From a virus (lineage: Duplodnaviria > Caudoviricetes): a DNA stretch of 64,000 nucleotides. A model generated the notes under the pieces. The model was not told the DNA's origin. It did not search any database and saw only the letters and a list, made by a program, of their open reading frames with translations. The position numbers were made by a program, and so were the translations under genes. The DNA lies in the IMG/VR virus record IMGVR_UViG_3300048502_000136, positions 34,433-98,432 of that record, one strand, 5' to 3'. This document shows, piece by piece, positions 18,847 through 29,600 of this stretch. Position 1 is the stretch's first letter. Every line of letters starts with the position of its first letter.

Positions 18847-19196
18847 GACTTAACCTCGTCAAGCGCCTTGAGCACGGCGGTGGCTACCTGCTCGCTGGGC
18901 AGCAGGCCGGCTGATTCAACCACCTGGTTGACTATGGCCACGCGGGGATCAACGGGTCGAGAGTACCACTTGCGCCGATTTGCCAGCAGCGAGTTTAGTT
19001 TAAATTCCGTGGCACGCCGTCCAACGGCTACTACAGGGGTAGTAACTTCGGCCAGAATTACCTCAAGCACTTCTACAGGGCTAAGCACTTCGGCCAGAAT
19101 TACGTCAAGCACTTCTTCCAACTTGCCCGGAAGGTCATCGCTGGTCGAGTTCCAATAGACACCGACTAATTGCCTGAGTAGCTGTTCTCTTGTCAT
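18843..19196 (-). CDS. hypothetical protein, paralog of 18571..18846
   Basis: tandem paralog with an internal repeat. Confidence 0.7.
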   Translation of the reverse strand: MTREQLLRQLVGVYWNSTSDDLPGKLEEVLDVILAEVLSPVEVLEVILAEVTTPVVAVGRRATEFKLNSLLANRRKWYSRPVDPRVAIVNQVVESAGLLPSEQVATAVLKALDEVKS

Positions 19197-19576
19197 TTGC
19201 ACCCTTTCTGATGACTCTCGTTGATTCCCTTGCACTTCGGGCAGGCTAAATCAGCAGCTTGTTCAGCGCTTCCCCCAAGCCGACCGCCGCCTCCGCCGCT
19301 GCCTCTTCCTGCTTTTCGTCCCAGCCTGACTCGCGGGATCGGCGCAGTAGCTCCTCGGTCTGCACCCGAAACAGGGTCGCCTGCCAAAGAGCTTCCTTGA
19401 TTACTGACTCCCGCCGGTCGATCTTCATGATTCCCTTTCGTGCAGTTGCGCAGCGCCCACCTAAGTGCCGAGATGTCGCTGACTTTGCCCATTGTCTGGG
19501 CCAGGTTATCCCGAATCGACGCAAGCATCGCCACATCGTCCGCGGACAGATCAAAATGCCGCCTGAAGATTTCCAT
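19193..19576 (-). CDS. putative RHH-like regulator (C-terminal half overlaps ORF 19246..19428)
   Basis: RRHFDLSADDVAML...SDISALRWAL; TATAAT 6 nt upstream of the ATG. Confidence 0.5.
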   Translation of the reverse strand: MEIFRRHFDLSADDVAMLASIRDNLAQTMGKVSDISALRWALRNCTKGNHEDRPAGVSNQGSSLAGDPVSGADRGATAPIPRVRLGRKAGRGSGGGGGRLGGSAEQAADLACPKCKGINESHQKGCK

Positions 19577-19637
19577 GGCTCAATTATACTACGGGTTTTT
19601 TCCACAGTTTACCCACAAGATACCCTCAATTTACCCG

Positions 19638-19666
19638 TTGACGTGTGGGTGGGGGAGGGGTATTCT
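19638..19666 (+). promoter_or_regulatory. sigma70 promoter TTGACG-17-TATTCT
   Basis: near-consensus boxes with 17-nt spacing, followed by an AGGAGG SD and ATG at 19693. Confidence 0.7.
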
Positions 19667-19692
19667 TATTTCAGTTCAGGAGGGTCATTAGC

Positions 19693-20073
19693 ATGGAAAG
19701 CTCGATTACCACAAGTAACACCTACGACTCAACCCACATCACCCGCACTACAGGCAACGGACACATTGCTGCCCGTTTCACTAAGGTACGAAACGCGATA
19801 GGGCGTTGGGTGGGACAGAACGACTCAACCTTCGCTGTATCAATCCCGACGAGAGTAGGGATTAACGGGCAGGTTTTCTGCACGCCCGCGCCGGGAACGG
19901 TTGTTTCCGTCACCAACGGGGTAATCAACGGTGTATTTTTTCCAGGTAAGGTACTCGCTCGGAAAGCGGTTATGGGCGATCTTTACAACGAATCAGTTAT
20001 CTACGTGAGTTCTTATCTCAGTTCAGGAGGGCACGGAGAGCCTATACCTTCCTCGATCGGAGGAGCAGCATAA
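19693..20073 (+). CDS. hypothetical protein
   Basis: AGGAGG SD before ATG 19693; TAATG coupling to the next gene. Confidence 0.6.
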   Translation: MESSITTSNTYDSTHITRTTGNGHIAARFTKVRNAIGRWVGQNDSTFAVSIPTRVGINGQVFCTPAPGTVVSVTNGVINGVFFPGKVLARKAVMGDLYNESVIYVSSYLSSGGHGEPIPSSIGGAA

Positions 20074-20501
20074 TGTATTACAACGGTGAAGAAATCGACT
20101 GGCGAGACGCCCCGGACCCAGACCCGCACTTCTATCACGGCTGGTCTGGATTCCATTGCGAAGGCTGCAATACGCACACACCCTGGGCGCTTCTCTTTTC
20201 CGCTCCGAACGGAGAGAACTACTGCGGGCAGGAGTGCGCCCTCGATCATATAGGCAAGGTCTGCGCATGCTGCCGGGATAGTTGGTTCGCCCTCGACGAG
20301 CAGGGTGTGTGCGAGGAGTGTCGCAATGTGTGCCACGGCTGCGATACTCAGGTCACCGAGTATTCCCTCGTGAATGTCCGGGTTTACGATGTTGACCAAG
20401 CTTACGTGTTTTGCGTCAAGTGCGCCGAGAAAGCCGAGGAGCGCGCGGGGGCTTTCGAGTCTGCCGTAGCTGAATTTATCCAGAAAGGATCAAAAATCTA
20501 A
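20073..20501 (+). CDS. Cys-rich multi-Zn-finger protein
   Basis: several CxxC pairs; GGAGG SD. Confidence 0.7.
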   Translation: MYYNGEEIDWRDAPDPDPHFYHGWSGFHCEGCNTHTPWALLFSAPNGENYCGQECALDHIGKVCACCRDSWFALDEQGVCEECRNVCHGCDTQVTEYSLVNVRVYDVDQAYVFCVKCAEKAEERAGAFESAVAEFIQKGSKI

Positions 20502-21571
20502 TGGAGCTTAAAACTATTTACGGACGTCTGATTTTTGCGCTAGATGAGGCGAAAAGCGTACGGGAGATACTGAAATCCGCCAGAGCGTCCGGTGCCAACC
20601 TGACTGATGCCGACCTGAGCTATGCCGACCTGACCGGTGCCGACCTGTCCCGTGCCGACCTGACCGGTGCTAACCTGACTGATGCCAACCTAACCGGTGC
20701 CGAGCTGACTGGTGCCAACCTAACCGGTGCTAACCTGACTGATGCCGACCTGACCGGTGCCAAACTGATCCGTGCCTACCTGTGCCGTGCCAACCTGTGC
20801 GATGCCAACCTGACTGGTGCCAACCTAACCGGTGCTAACCTGACTGATGCCGACCTGACCGGTGCCGACCTGACTGATGCCTACCTGAGCTATGCCGACC
20901 TGACCGGTGCCAACCTGACTGATGCCGACCTGAGCTATGCCAACCTGACTGATGCCGACCTGTCCCGTGCCGAGCTGACTGGTGCCAACCTAACCGGTGC
21001 TAACCTGACTGATGCCAACCTAACCGGTGCCGACCTGACTGATGCCTACCTGAGCTATGCCAACCTGACTGATGCCGACCTGTCCCGTGCCGACCTGACT
21101 GATGCCGACCTGACCGGTGCCAACCTGACTGATGCCGACCTGAGCTATGCCAACCTGTTTCGTGCCAACCTGACTGATGCCGACTTGACCCGTGCCGACC
21201 TGTCCCGTGCCTACCTGACTGATGCCAACCTGTGCCGTGCCAACCTGTGCGGCGTGGTTGCCGTTCAGCAATTTCGCTGTTTTGCCGGACTATATGGCTA
21301 CCACGTCTGGGCTGTTCTCGCTCAGGATGGCACCCGGTATATACGTATGGGCTGCCTGTTTCACTCGCTCCAGGAATGGGAGAAAATCGGTATCCGCAAT
21401 AGCAATCTCGGCGAGTTTCCTAACGACGGATCGGCAAAGTGCGAGGAGCGCGTTGCGGCTTTCGAGTTCGCCAAAGCGGCTGTTATGCGGATGAAATTGC
21501 CGGATGTCAAACATAACGCGATCGTGGATGCAACGTGCTCAGCGTACCCAAGCGATGCGCGCTCTAAATAA
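20501..21571 (+). CDS. pentapeptide-repeat protein
   Basis: about 44 A(D/N)LxX repeats between a short N-terminal and a globular C-terminal domain. Confidence 0.95.
   Translation: MELKTIYGRLIFALDEAKSVREILKSARASGANLTDADLSYADLTGADLSRADLTGANLTDANLTGAELTGANLTGANLTDADLTGAKLIRAYLCRANLCDANLTGANLTGANLTDADLTGADLTDAYLSYADLTGANLTDADLSYANLTDADLSRAELTGANLTGANLTDANLTGADLTDAYLSYANLTDADLSRADLTDADLTGANLTDADLSYANLFRANLTDADLTRADLSRAYLTDANLCRANLCGVVAVQQFRCFAGLYGYHVWAVLAQDGTRYIRMGCLFHSLQEWEKIGIRNSNLGEFPNDGSAKCEERVAAFEFAKAAVMRMKLPDVKHNAIVDATCSAYPSDARSK
20591..21250 (+). repeat. 15-bp coding tandem repeats (GCCRACCTGACYGRT-like)
   Basis: directly visible; encode the pentapeptide repeats. Confidence 0.9.
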
Positions 21572-21655
21572 GCTCGCGTGTATCATCACCTATCCATTCA
21601 CAGCACCGCTAATGTGGTTGGCGGTTGCCTACATTTTTAGAAAGGAAAAGCGTTA

Positions 21656-22054
21656 ATGCCGATAACCAAAGCCATCACCACAACCACCACGCGCCATGTT
21701 GAAATGCTTACCTTGCAAGAGTACGCAGATGCAGTGCTCGACGAGGCATACAAGCAGCCATTGAAGACGCTGAACGAAGCGCTCGCTGTGCATGGCTGGC
21801 TGGTTGATCCCCTGCCGGACGACTGCAAGCCGGTTTGTTGCGGCGAGCCCGTAGAATGCAGATCGTTTCTGGGTGGCGCTTATCTGGCGCATTGCCTGCA
21901 TTGCCGGAAGTTTGTTTACGACGTAACTGGGCCGTCTTTCCAGCAATCCAGTGTCAGTTTTGTAGACTCTGACCGGGTGGATTTAGAGGCTGATCCAGAG
22001 CACCGGTGGATCGCGTCAGTTTATGCCGACAAGGAAGACCCCGATGGACGATGA
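21656..22054 (+). CDS. hypothetical Zn-binding protein, paralog of 48050..48397
   Basis: MLTLQEYAD..LD.AY.QPLKTL.EA.AV.GWL.D, VCCGE, C..C.KFVYDVTGPSF, RWIASVY shared. Confidence 0.75.
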   Translation: MPITKAITTTTTRHVEMLTLQEYADAVLDEAYKQPLKTLNEALAVHGWLVDPLPDDCKPVCCGEPVECRSFLGGAYLAHCLHCRKFVYDVTGPSFQQSSVSFVDSDRVDLEADPEHRWIASVYADKEDPDGR

Positions 22055-22190
22055 AGAACTGGAGTTTATGGTGCAGGCAGGATTCAAGCCTCCGTTGTGG
22101 AGGCAGTTCCTCGACGATATCATCTGGCCCTTGGTTGTGCTGATCATCTGCGTGACGCTGGCTTGGTCATGGCTCGCTGGAGCGTGGTAG
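22044..22190 (+). CDS. small membrane protein (48 aa, below the ORF-track cutoff)
   Basis: MDDEELEFMVQAGFKPPLWRQFLDDIIWPLVVLIICVTLAWSWLAGAW; AAGGA SD. Confidence 0.55.
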   Translation: MDDEELEFMVQAGFKPPLWRQFLDDIIWPLVVLIICVTLAWSWLAGAW

Positions 22191-22307
22191 GGGCCTTTTA
22201 GCCTACCCAAGGCATTCTTCTCCTGTCTAACCTGACTCCCCCTTCCTCGCCTACCCGGCTAAAAACCCTAGACCCATCCCTCCCGCTCGCGCTATCCTCC
22301 CCGCGAG

Positions 22308-23087
22308 ATGCCAAATCCTGCCCAAGCCTTAGCCAGCGTCATTGCCGGCCACCCTGCGCTCAAGTTAGTAACGGTCGAGTCAGGCCAGCCGAGCCAGCCG
22401 AGCCAGCCGAGCAGCCTTACTCCTGCCCACGCCGCGCCTGCCATCCTCGCGCCCGCACCCGGCCCTGACTTCTCCTCGCTCGACCAAGCCTTACGTCAGG
22501 CAGTAGACCACGCGCGAAACCGGCTGGTCGAGGTCGGCTACTACGGCTACCAGCTAATCCTCTTGGGTGACTGGCAGCAGCACGGCTACGAATCAGAGAA
22601 TTCCTACCGCGAGAGTTTAGGCGTCAGCCCTATTATGTGGCGGGATTACACCGGGCTGGCCGCAAGGCTCGCTCATCTCTCCTTGGCTGACATGCAGGAG
22701 TTGACCCTGTCTGCGGCGAAGTCTCTGGCCACGGTGCGCGCTGATCTATGGCTTGAGTTCCCTTGGCTCGAAGAGGCTAAACTGCTGCCTGCCAACGAGT
22801 TCTCGGCTCTCGTCAAGCAACGGCTGGCCAAGCACCCTGGCAAGGCAGGCAAACTCCTCCGCGAGCCTCGGCAGGATATCAGGATGGCGGTCCCGGCCTC
22901 GCAGCGGGCGGCGCTCGAATCGCGCCTGGAGGCCTTGCGCGAATCATGCTCTCTGGCCACGGTCGGGGAAGCGCTGGCGCTTGCCTTGGCGGCGGCCGAA
23001 AAGCTGGCCAAACTGGCTAAAAACTCTCCTGCCGCGCAATCTGCCCTTGACCGCAGTATCGAGGAGGTCAAGCGTGCGTGTTCTTAG
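22308..23087 (+). CDS. hypothetical helical protein (possible DNA-binding)
   Basis: 259 aa; W.QHGYES..SY...LGVS motif seen in phage HTH-like proteins. Confidence 0.65.
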   Translation: MPNPAQALASVIAGHPALKLVTVESGQPSQPSQPSSLTPAHAAPAILAPAPGPDFSSLDQALRQAVDHARNRLVEVGYYGYQLILLGDWQQHGYESENSYRESLGVSPIMWRDYTGLAARLAHLSLADMQELTLSAAKSLATVRADLWLEFPWLEEAKLLPANEFSALVKQRLAKHPGKAGKLLREPRQDIRMAVPASQRAALESRLEALRESCSLATVGEALALALAAAEKLAKLAKNSPAAQSALDRSIEEVKRACS

Positions 23088-26000
23088 GTCGAGATTTCGG
23101 AACCCTGGCCTGACAGCAGCCCACCCAAGCCACGCAGCCACGCGCAGGCTGGACGATGGCCGGGAGGTCTGCCTGGCTAACGAGGCAGGACGCGCGGAAT
23201 ACGAGGCAAGGCGCAGAGAACTGTGGCAGCGCCAGCAAGGGTTGTGCGCCTTGGCCACCTGCCAGCAGAGGATGGCTCTGGCGGATACGCGCCTGACTCA
23301 CGGGGACTGGGCCGAGACCGGCCAGCTTCGGGACGACCGGCTGATAGATAAGCAGGGCGTGCCGATCAACCACCTTGTACATAAAGGATGCCTGCGCGCA
23401 TGGCATCGGCAGCAAGCCGGGCAGGCAGGGCAGGCCAGGCCGACTGAGCAGTCTGAGGCCAAGCCACTCAAACTGGGCCCGGCAATAATCCTGCTGACCG
23501 TGCCCCTCGCCGTTCTTGCGCTCTCGGCTAACCCTGCGCGTGCCCAAGGCGCTCCCATATCGAATCAGGTGATCACGCCATTCTCGACCCCCGCGCCGAA
23601 CGTGCCGGTGCGCGTCTGTGCCATCACGGCGACCGGCACGCCCTGCTCGACGGCCGGCGTCACCCTTTACTCGGACGTTGGCTTGAGCCACGTGATCGGC
23701 AATCCGGCCTCGACCGACCAATATGGCAACTACTCGTTATTTACGGTTGCCGGGCTTTACCAGGTTCAGATTACCGTTTCGCCCGGCATCGTTTATACCT
23801 ACGCAGTGTCGGCTGGCGGCGCGGGCGGCGGGTCTTCTGCTTACCTGCTGCGAACCAATAACTTATCCGACCTTACCAGTGTCCCGACCGCGCTGACCAA
23901 CCTTGGTCTTGGCGCGACTTCGACGCCGACCTTTCAGATGGTCAACACGCTCAGCCCGATGGTTTATGCCACGAACCCACTTTTCGGGACGCCGTCGTCG
24001 TGCCCGAACGCGGCCGATCCGACCGGGGTCTTGGACTCGACCTGCGCCATTAACGCGGCCAAGGCTTACTCGAAGTCAGTCGGCGTGGCGGCTTCAGGCA
24101 CCGGGTACGAGCCGGTTTTTTTACCGGCCGGCCAGTACAAAATCTACTCGTCTACCTACACGGCTGCCATCGAGGTAGACGACCCAATCTCGTTTATCGG
24201 AGACGATCAAGGATCAACCATCCTCGATAACTCGACCTCACCCTATGCTGATGCCTTGTTCTATACAGGAATCAACAACGGCAACTGTAACCTGCCTGTA
24301 GTTACCGGGTCGTGCCCTTATCACGTCGAGAGGCTGACGATCATAGGCGGTGGCCACGCAACGACTGGCAGCGGCCTGACATTGCTCAACGCTGCTGACG
24401 GCTATATCGACAACGTGCGGATTATCAACTCCGGCGGCGTTTCACTCAACGTAACCGGAGGGACCGAAAGAAGCCGATTCACCAATATCGACATAAACCA
24501 CTCACGCATCGCGCTCTTGAATGGCGGCGATCAGAACGAGAATTACTACCGTCGGCTTAATCCCTTGTTTCCTGGCAGCGATTCCGCCGGCTACTGCTAT
24601 AACGTGGCGAACTGCCCTGGTGGAGTGGCCAACACCTCGGGGACTTGGTATGCCGATCCTCACGCACAGATCAACCTGCGCGGTGTCAACGTGGACTTCG
24701 AGGATTTCTCGGCTAAAGGGCTTCAGCTAACATCGTGCGTCAAGATTCTCGGCGGCGAAAACATCCTGGTCGATCACGGCTACTGCGAAGGCAACCAGAT
24801 TTCTAATGGTAGCCCGGCCATCAATCATGGCGTGCAGGTTCTCGGCAAGAACGAGATCGGTCATCTGACCGCAGGTATCACCACGTCGGCCCTGACAATC
24901 CCCATCGACGACGCAATCTACATGCCAGTTTGGCTGACTGATCCGGCGTTTGCCACCACCAGAGGCACCCATGCAAACGATGGCCTGATGTGGATTGGTC
25001 CGCAGGATGCCTCATGGGGCTCGACGACGCCGAGCGCTTACGTGCCTGGGATCACGCAGGGAACTTACGAGGCGGTTTACGTGTACACGGCAGCGGCTGA
25101 CCAGGCTCTGCATCTCGTGTCTCGTGCGGTAAACGGAACGACCGCGATTGCGTGGCCTGCTGGCTCAGTCGTTGCGCCGATTCAGCCGGGAACGTATGGC
25201 TCGGTAAAAATTCAGGACATCCACCTGACAACCGACGGGCCGAGTGGGTTCAATACTTCCGCCTACACTGTTTCGTGCAATGACACTGGTCGGCTTCCCT
25301 TATCGACGCTCGGCACTATCTACGGTGACACGTCAGAAGTGATTGCTGGCATTGACCCGGATGGATTTACTCAGCCGCTGCCATCGACTCGTTTCGTAGG
25401 CACGGGTACAGGCGTATTGTTCTCTGGCAACTCGTTCTATGTAAATGAGACCACGCCGACCTGTAACGCTGAGCAGCTTGGACAGGGGTTTATCAAGGTT
25501 CCGGCGTCCGCTCAGGTCACTATTGGGCCGAATGATTCGGTTCCGCTGCACACCGGCCCTTACAACATCACCAATCTTTTGAATGGCCTGTACCAGAACG
25601 GCGATATCATGTTCCAGTTTGTAAACTGGGGCTCAGCTGCTCCCTCGCAAATCATGCCTCAAGGTATTTTCTTTGACATCAACGCAGGAGTGACGTTCTA
25701 TCCGATCTCAGGCACACTCGGCAGCTTTATCGGGAAGTACATCGACCCGGGGAGCGGCAGTGGAAACGCAGTCGCCACCCAAACGCTAAATCCCGGCGCG
25801 TCATGTACTTATGCAGGCAACTATCTGAATGCGGGGACGGCCTCGACAGAACGCCAGTGCCTTACCAATGGCTCATTTAATGTAGATTTCAATAACGGAA
25901 CAGGCTACACAAACCAGTTCACCTTATCAGCAAACGGCGCTACCTACAATCCAGCGCTCAAGTCGAACACTTCCGTGACAGCCCCTTTTTTCTCGGGCTT

Positions 26001-26670
26001 GGTCATCCTGCCGCCTCAGATCATGACAGGCACCGGCACAATATCGTCTACCGTCAGCCAAGTAGACTTCAACTTCGCTGCTGCTGGCACGGCCACTATG
26101 CCGACTTGCTCATCCGCTCTCAACAATCAGAACTGGGACCTGTTCAACGCCGGCACGCCGAACGTAAACGTGGTGACGCTAAATGCTGGCGGGTCCGACC
26201 TGCAGATCAATGGCACGCTCACCGGAAACGTCGTAAGTTCAGTCACTGTTCCGCCGGGAGCCCACTGGATTGTCCGGTGCAACTCCAACATCAACGGCTA
26301 TTTCGAGAATCGGGTCAACACCAATGGCGGCCCCGCATTTCTGGCTACCGGCATCCTCGACCCGGCACAAAACGTTAGCTCGACCGTGGTTCCCGGCACA
26401 TTTAACAACGAGTTAACAGGTACTTTCGCTCTTACCTTGGCTGGTACAGCAGCTACCGCAGGTCAGAACCTGATAGACGTTCAATGGCCGATGGATGTGG
26501 ACCGAACTCCACCGCAGGTCTGCTCGGCTTTTCTCTCTGGGGGCACTATTTCTACTTACCTGACGACTTCGGCTGTGAACAACTTTGCGACTAACAGCTT
26601 CGTGATTTCCACTCCAGCCGCGCTGCCCATCGGAGGACCGTATGCGATTTCGTATCAATGTACCCGCTAG
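23074..26670 (+). CDS. tailspike/beta-helix protein with N-terminal HNH-like domain and internal signal sequence
   Basis: GAGGAGG SD plus GTG at 23074; NNLSDL...LTNLGLG fibre motif, ADPTGVLDSTCAINAA/VFLPAGQY pectate-lyase-3-like start of beta-helix. Confidence 0.75.
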   Translation: MRVLRSRFRNPGLTAAHPSHAATRRLDDGREVCLANEAGRAEYEARRRELWQRQQGLCALATCQQRMALADTRLTHGDWAETGQLRDDRLIDKQGVPINHLVHKGCLRAWHRQQAGQAGQARPTEQSEAKPLKLGPAIILLTVPLAVLALSANPARAQGAPISNQVITPFSTPAPNVPVRVCAITATGTPCSTAGVTLYSDVGLSHVIGNPASTDQYGNYSLFTVAGLYQVQITVSPGIVYTYAVSAGGAGGGSSAYLLRTNNLSDLTSVPTALTNLGLGATSTPTFQMVNTLSPMVYATNPLFGTPSSCPNAADPTGVLDSTCAINAAKAYSKSVGVAASGTGYEPVFLPAGQYKIYSSTYTAAIEVDDPISFIGDDQGSTILDNSTSPYADALFYTGINNGNCNLPVVTGSCPYHVERLTIIGGGHATTGSGLTLLNAADGYIDNVRIINSGGVSLNVTGGTERSRFTNIDINHSRIALLNGGDQNENYYRRLNPLFPGSDSAGYCYNVANCPGGVANTSGTWYADPHAQINLRGVNVDFEDFSAKGLQLTSCVKILGGENILVDHGYCEGNQISNGSPAINHGVQVLGKNEIGHLTAGITTSALTIPIDDAIYMPVWLTDPAFATTRGTHANDGLMWIGPQDASWGSTTPSAYVPGITQGTYEAVYVYTAAADQALHLVSRAVNGTTAIAWPAGSVVAPIQPGTYGSVKIQDIHLTTDGPSGFNTSAYTVSCNDTGRLPLSTLGTIYGDTSEVIAGIDPDGFTQPLPSTRFVGTGTGVLFSGNSFYVNETTPTCNAEQLGQGFIKVPASAQVTIGPNDSVPLHTGPYNITNLLNGLYQNGDIMFQFVNWGSAAPSQIMPQGIFFDINAGVTFYPISGTLGSFIGKYIDPGSGSGNAVATQTLNPGASCTYAGNYLNAGTASTERQCLTNGSFNVDFNNGTGYTNQFTLSANGATYNPALKSNTSVTAPFFSGLVILPPQIMTGTGTISSTVSQVDFNFAAAGTATMPTCSSALNNQNWDLFNAGTPNVNVVTLNAGGSDLQINGTLTGNVVSSVTVPPGAHWIVRCNSNINGYFENRVNTNGGPAFLATGILDPAQNVSSTVVPGTFNNELTGTFALTLAGTAATAGQNLIDVQWPMDVDRTPPQVCSAFLSGGTISTYLTTSAVNNFATNSFVISTPAALPIGGPYAISYQCTR

Positions 26671-26680
26671 GTGGGCGAGG

Positions 26681-29600
26681 ATGAAACTTCTGCTCCTGTT
26701 GGCTGGTACGGCGGCTTGCCCAGCCTTTGCCCAGAATATTGCGCCTTATTTGACCCCCGGCAGCCTGAAGGTGGGAACCAACTGCAACGTGTCTGACAGC
26801 TATTATTTGTCTCCTTTCTCGGGGAACTGCTTTCTCAATGGCGGAGGCGGCGGAGGGTCGGGCACGGTAACCTCAGTTGCGTTCACGGCTCCGGCATGGC
26901 TTACCGTAACCGGCTCCCCGATCACCGTTTCAGGGACCATCGCCCTCGCGAGCGCCAGTCTCACAGCAAATTACTTTCTGGCAGCCCCAAACGGCGCGGC
27001 AGGAGCCTTGTCGCCCAGAGCTATCGTCTTGGCCGACCTTCCCGCAAGCCTGTTCACTCTCACGACAACGGGCACCAGCGGCGCAGCAACTTACTCAGGC
27101 GGCACGCTGAATATCCCTCAGTACGCGGGGTCAGGCGGTATCACGGCGCTCACTGGCGACGTAACTGCGTCTGGATCAGGCTCCGTAGCAGCCACCTTAG
27201 CGACGGTGAACTCTAACGTCGGCTCATTCGGCTCCAGCAGCGCCGTGCCAGTTATCACGGTCAATGGCAAAGGTCTCATCACGGCGGTCTCCACGGCAGC
27301 GAACCCTCAAGGCACCGTGACCACGGTCGGCGGGAGCACGTCTGGCGGATTCATTGTTTCGACCTCCAGCCCAACCACGACGCCAGCCGTTTCAGTCGCC
27401 GTAGACTCGACACACGTTCTACCGACCAACACTGGCTCAGCCACAGCGTACCTGAACGGGGCGGGCAGCTACACGACGCCTGCCGGTGGGCCGACGCTTC
27501 AGACCAACGGCACGAACAACGCCTCGCAAACAGCGCTCAACCTCATTGCAGGCACTAACATCACCTTGGCCAACTCAGGCGCAAACGTCACGATCACGGC
27601 AAGCTCGACAGGTGCGACAGCGTTCTCGGCCCTTACCGGCAGCACGAATACGAGCGCTGCAATGGTTGTAGGCTCGGGTGCTTCACTCGCGGCTTCAGGC
27701 ACTGGCACGATCACGCCGACCACGGTGAATGGCCTTCTGGCAGCGGGAACCAATGTTACGTTGACTGGCTCAGGCACGGCAGCAAGCCCTTATACGATTG
27801 CTAGTTCAGGCGGCGGAGGCGGCATCACCGGTCCCGGAACTACGACAACCGGATACGCGCCATTATGGTCAAACACGACCGGGACCGCGCTCGGTGCTGG
27901 TCTGCTGGTGGCTACAACAGGCAACTCAACGATTCTGGAGACTACCGGGGCCGGGGTGATTTCGGTCAACACGACCGGCACGGCGGCGAACCTGACGGCA
28001 GCGGCTGCCTTGCCTAACGGGACCACGGCCACCACGCAGACTGCCGGCGACACGACTACGAAGCTGGCTACGGACGCTTTCGTGTCGTCTCTGGTATCAG
28101 GGTATCTTCCTCTGACTGGCGGCACGCTCACCGGCGCACTGACTCTGCCGAGCGCTACATTTACTGGCTCAAGCAATGGCGCGGTCAACCTGACTTATAC
28201 GGGAACTGCGGCGACTGGTCCAGGCACCAACACGGTCCTGCTGTCTCCGACCCAAGCGATCACGACGCCTTACACGATGAGCTACGCGGCGGCTCCTTAT
28301 ACCGGGCTGACGTACTGGACGAATACGTCGAACACCATGGTGCCAAGCCAAGCGACAGCGGCCAACCTGCAGTCCACTCTCGGCCCAACAATCTACGGCG
28401 TGAATTACGTGTCCGGCTACACTGCGGCCTTGGGCTACGCGGGCGTCGGGGCAGCGCAAGTGGCCTACACCTCGGGGCCTAGCTACGGTGTCTGCCAGAA
28501 CGTCTCCTACTCAGGGTCGAACTACATCGCGGTGAACGCCACCAACGGGTCAGTTACTCCGGGCACCAACTCGGCAGTCTGGTATCCCATTCCTTCGGCA
28601 GCCACAGGCGCGGCGACCTCCTACGACTGCGCCATGGCCATGTCTATCACCAACTCGCTTGGGTCGATGGTCCTCGGCAACAATGCCTATTCGACTCCAT
28701 ACGATACGTGTCTGGGCATCCCTGAACCGGCGACCGGCCTGCAGGTCTCAATCATCGGCCAAGGGCCTGGATTCAACCGGCAGCCAACAGAGATTCGCGC
28801 TATCTGCGCTATGCAGGCACCAATCTCGCACGCGGCCTTGACCTCTGGCTCAGCGCCATACGGCATAGTTATCAAGGATGTGGCGATTGACGGCAACGGC
28901 TACGCACAGCAGTGCATTGCGCTCTACTCGGAGAAGAAAGGCTACCGAGAGCATATAACCTGCCGAGGGGCCATTTCAGCATCGCTGCCGTGGATCGAGT
29001 GGGGCGCGTCTTCGCCTCCTGGCGGCTACGTCAGCGGATATGGGAACTACACCAACGACATTTACTTGGCGGGCACCGGTAACGGGCCTAGCTCGTGGGC
29101 CACCCTGACGGCCACGCAGACCAGCGGCGTGCCATCTATCTCGGGGTCAGGTGGCACCTATGCCAACGCTAACCCTCCGGCTTACCTTTACGGCTTTCAG
29201 CAGGCATCAAGCGGTGCCAGCACCTCAACCGTGCAGCCTTGCACGACGATGGGCACAGCGACCGCGAACATGACAGGAACCGGGCCTTACTCGGTATCCT
29301 CGGTGACCCTAAGCGGCTATTCTGGCTGTTCCGGCTACCTGTTTGCCTATGTGCCGGACATTAGCTCCACTTCAGCGCCCATCGGCATCTCGGAGAACGA
29401 AACCGACTCTTTCTTCGGCTTGGAAGAAGTGAACAATGTCGGCGTCAACACGGGCATCAGCTATAACTCAGGCTCTAACCGCATCGTGGGCGACCATGCC
29501 TACGGCGGCATGCAATCAACCTTCACGAATAACAATCCTCAGTCTCTGATCGCCGGCCTCGAAGTGGACACTCCGATGCACATCGGGATTACCGATAACA

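Noticed and set aside
20591-21250. Regular repeats suggesting a CRISPR array
   Set aside because: 15-bp coding repeats without unique spacers; no cas operon, and the Cas4-like nuclease sits in a recombination module.
22753-23073. N-terminal extension of the 1305-aa ORF
   Set aside because: Overlaps gene 22308..23087 with junk-like composition; the strong SD and GTG at 23074 are preferred.
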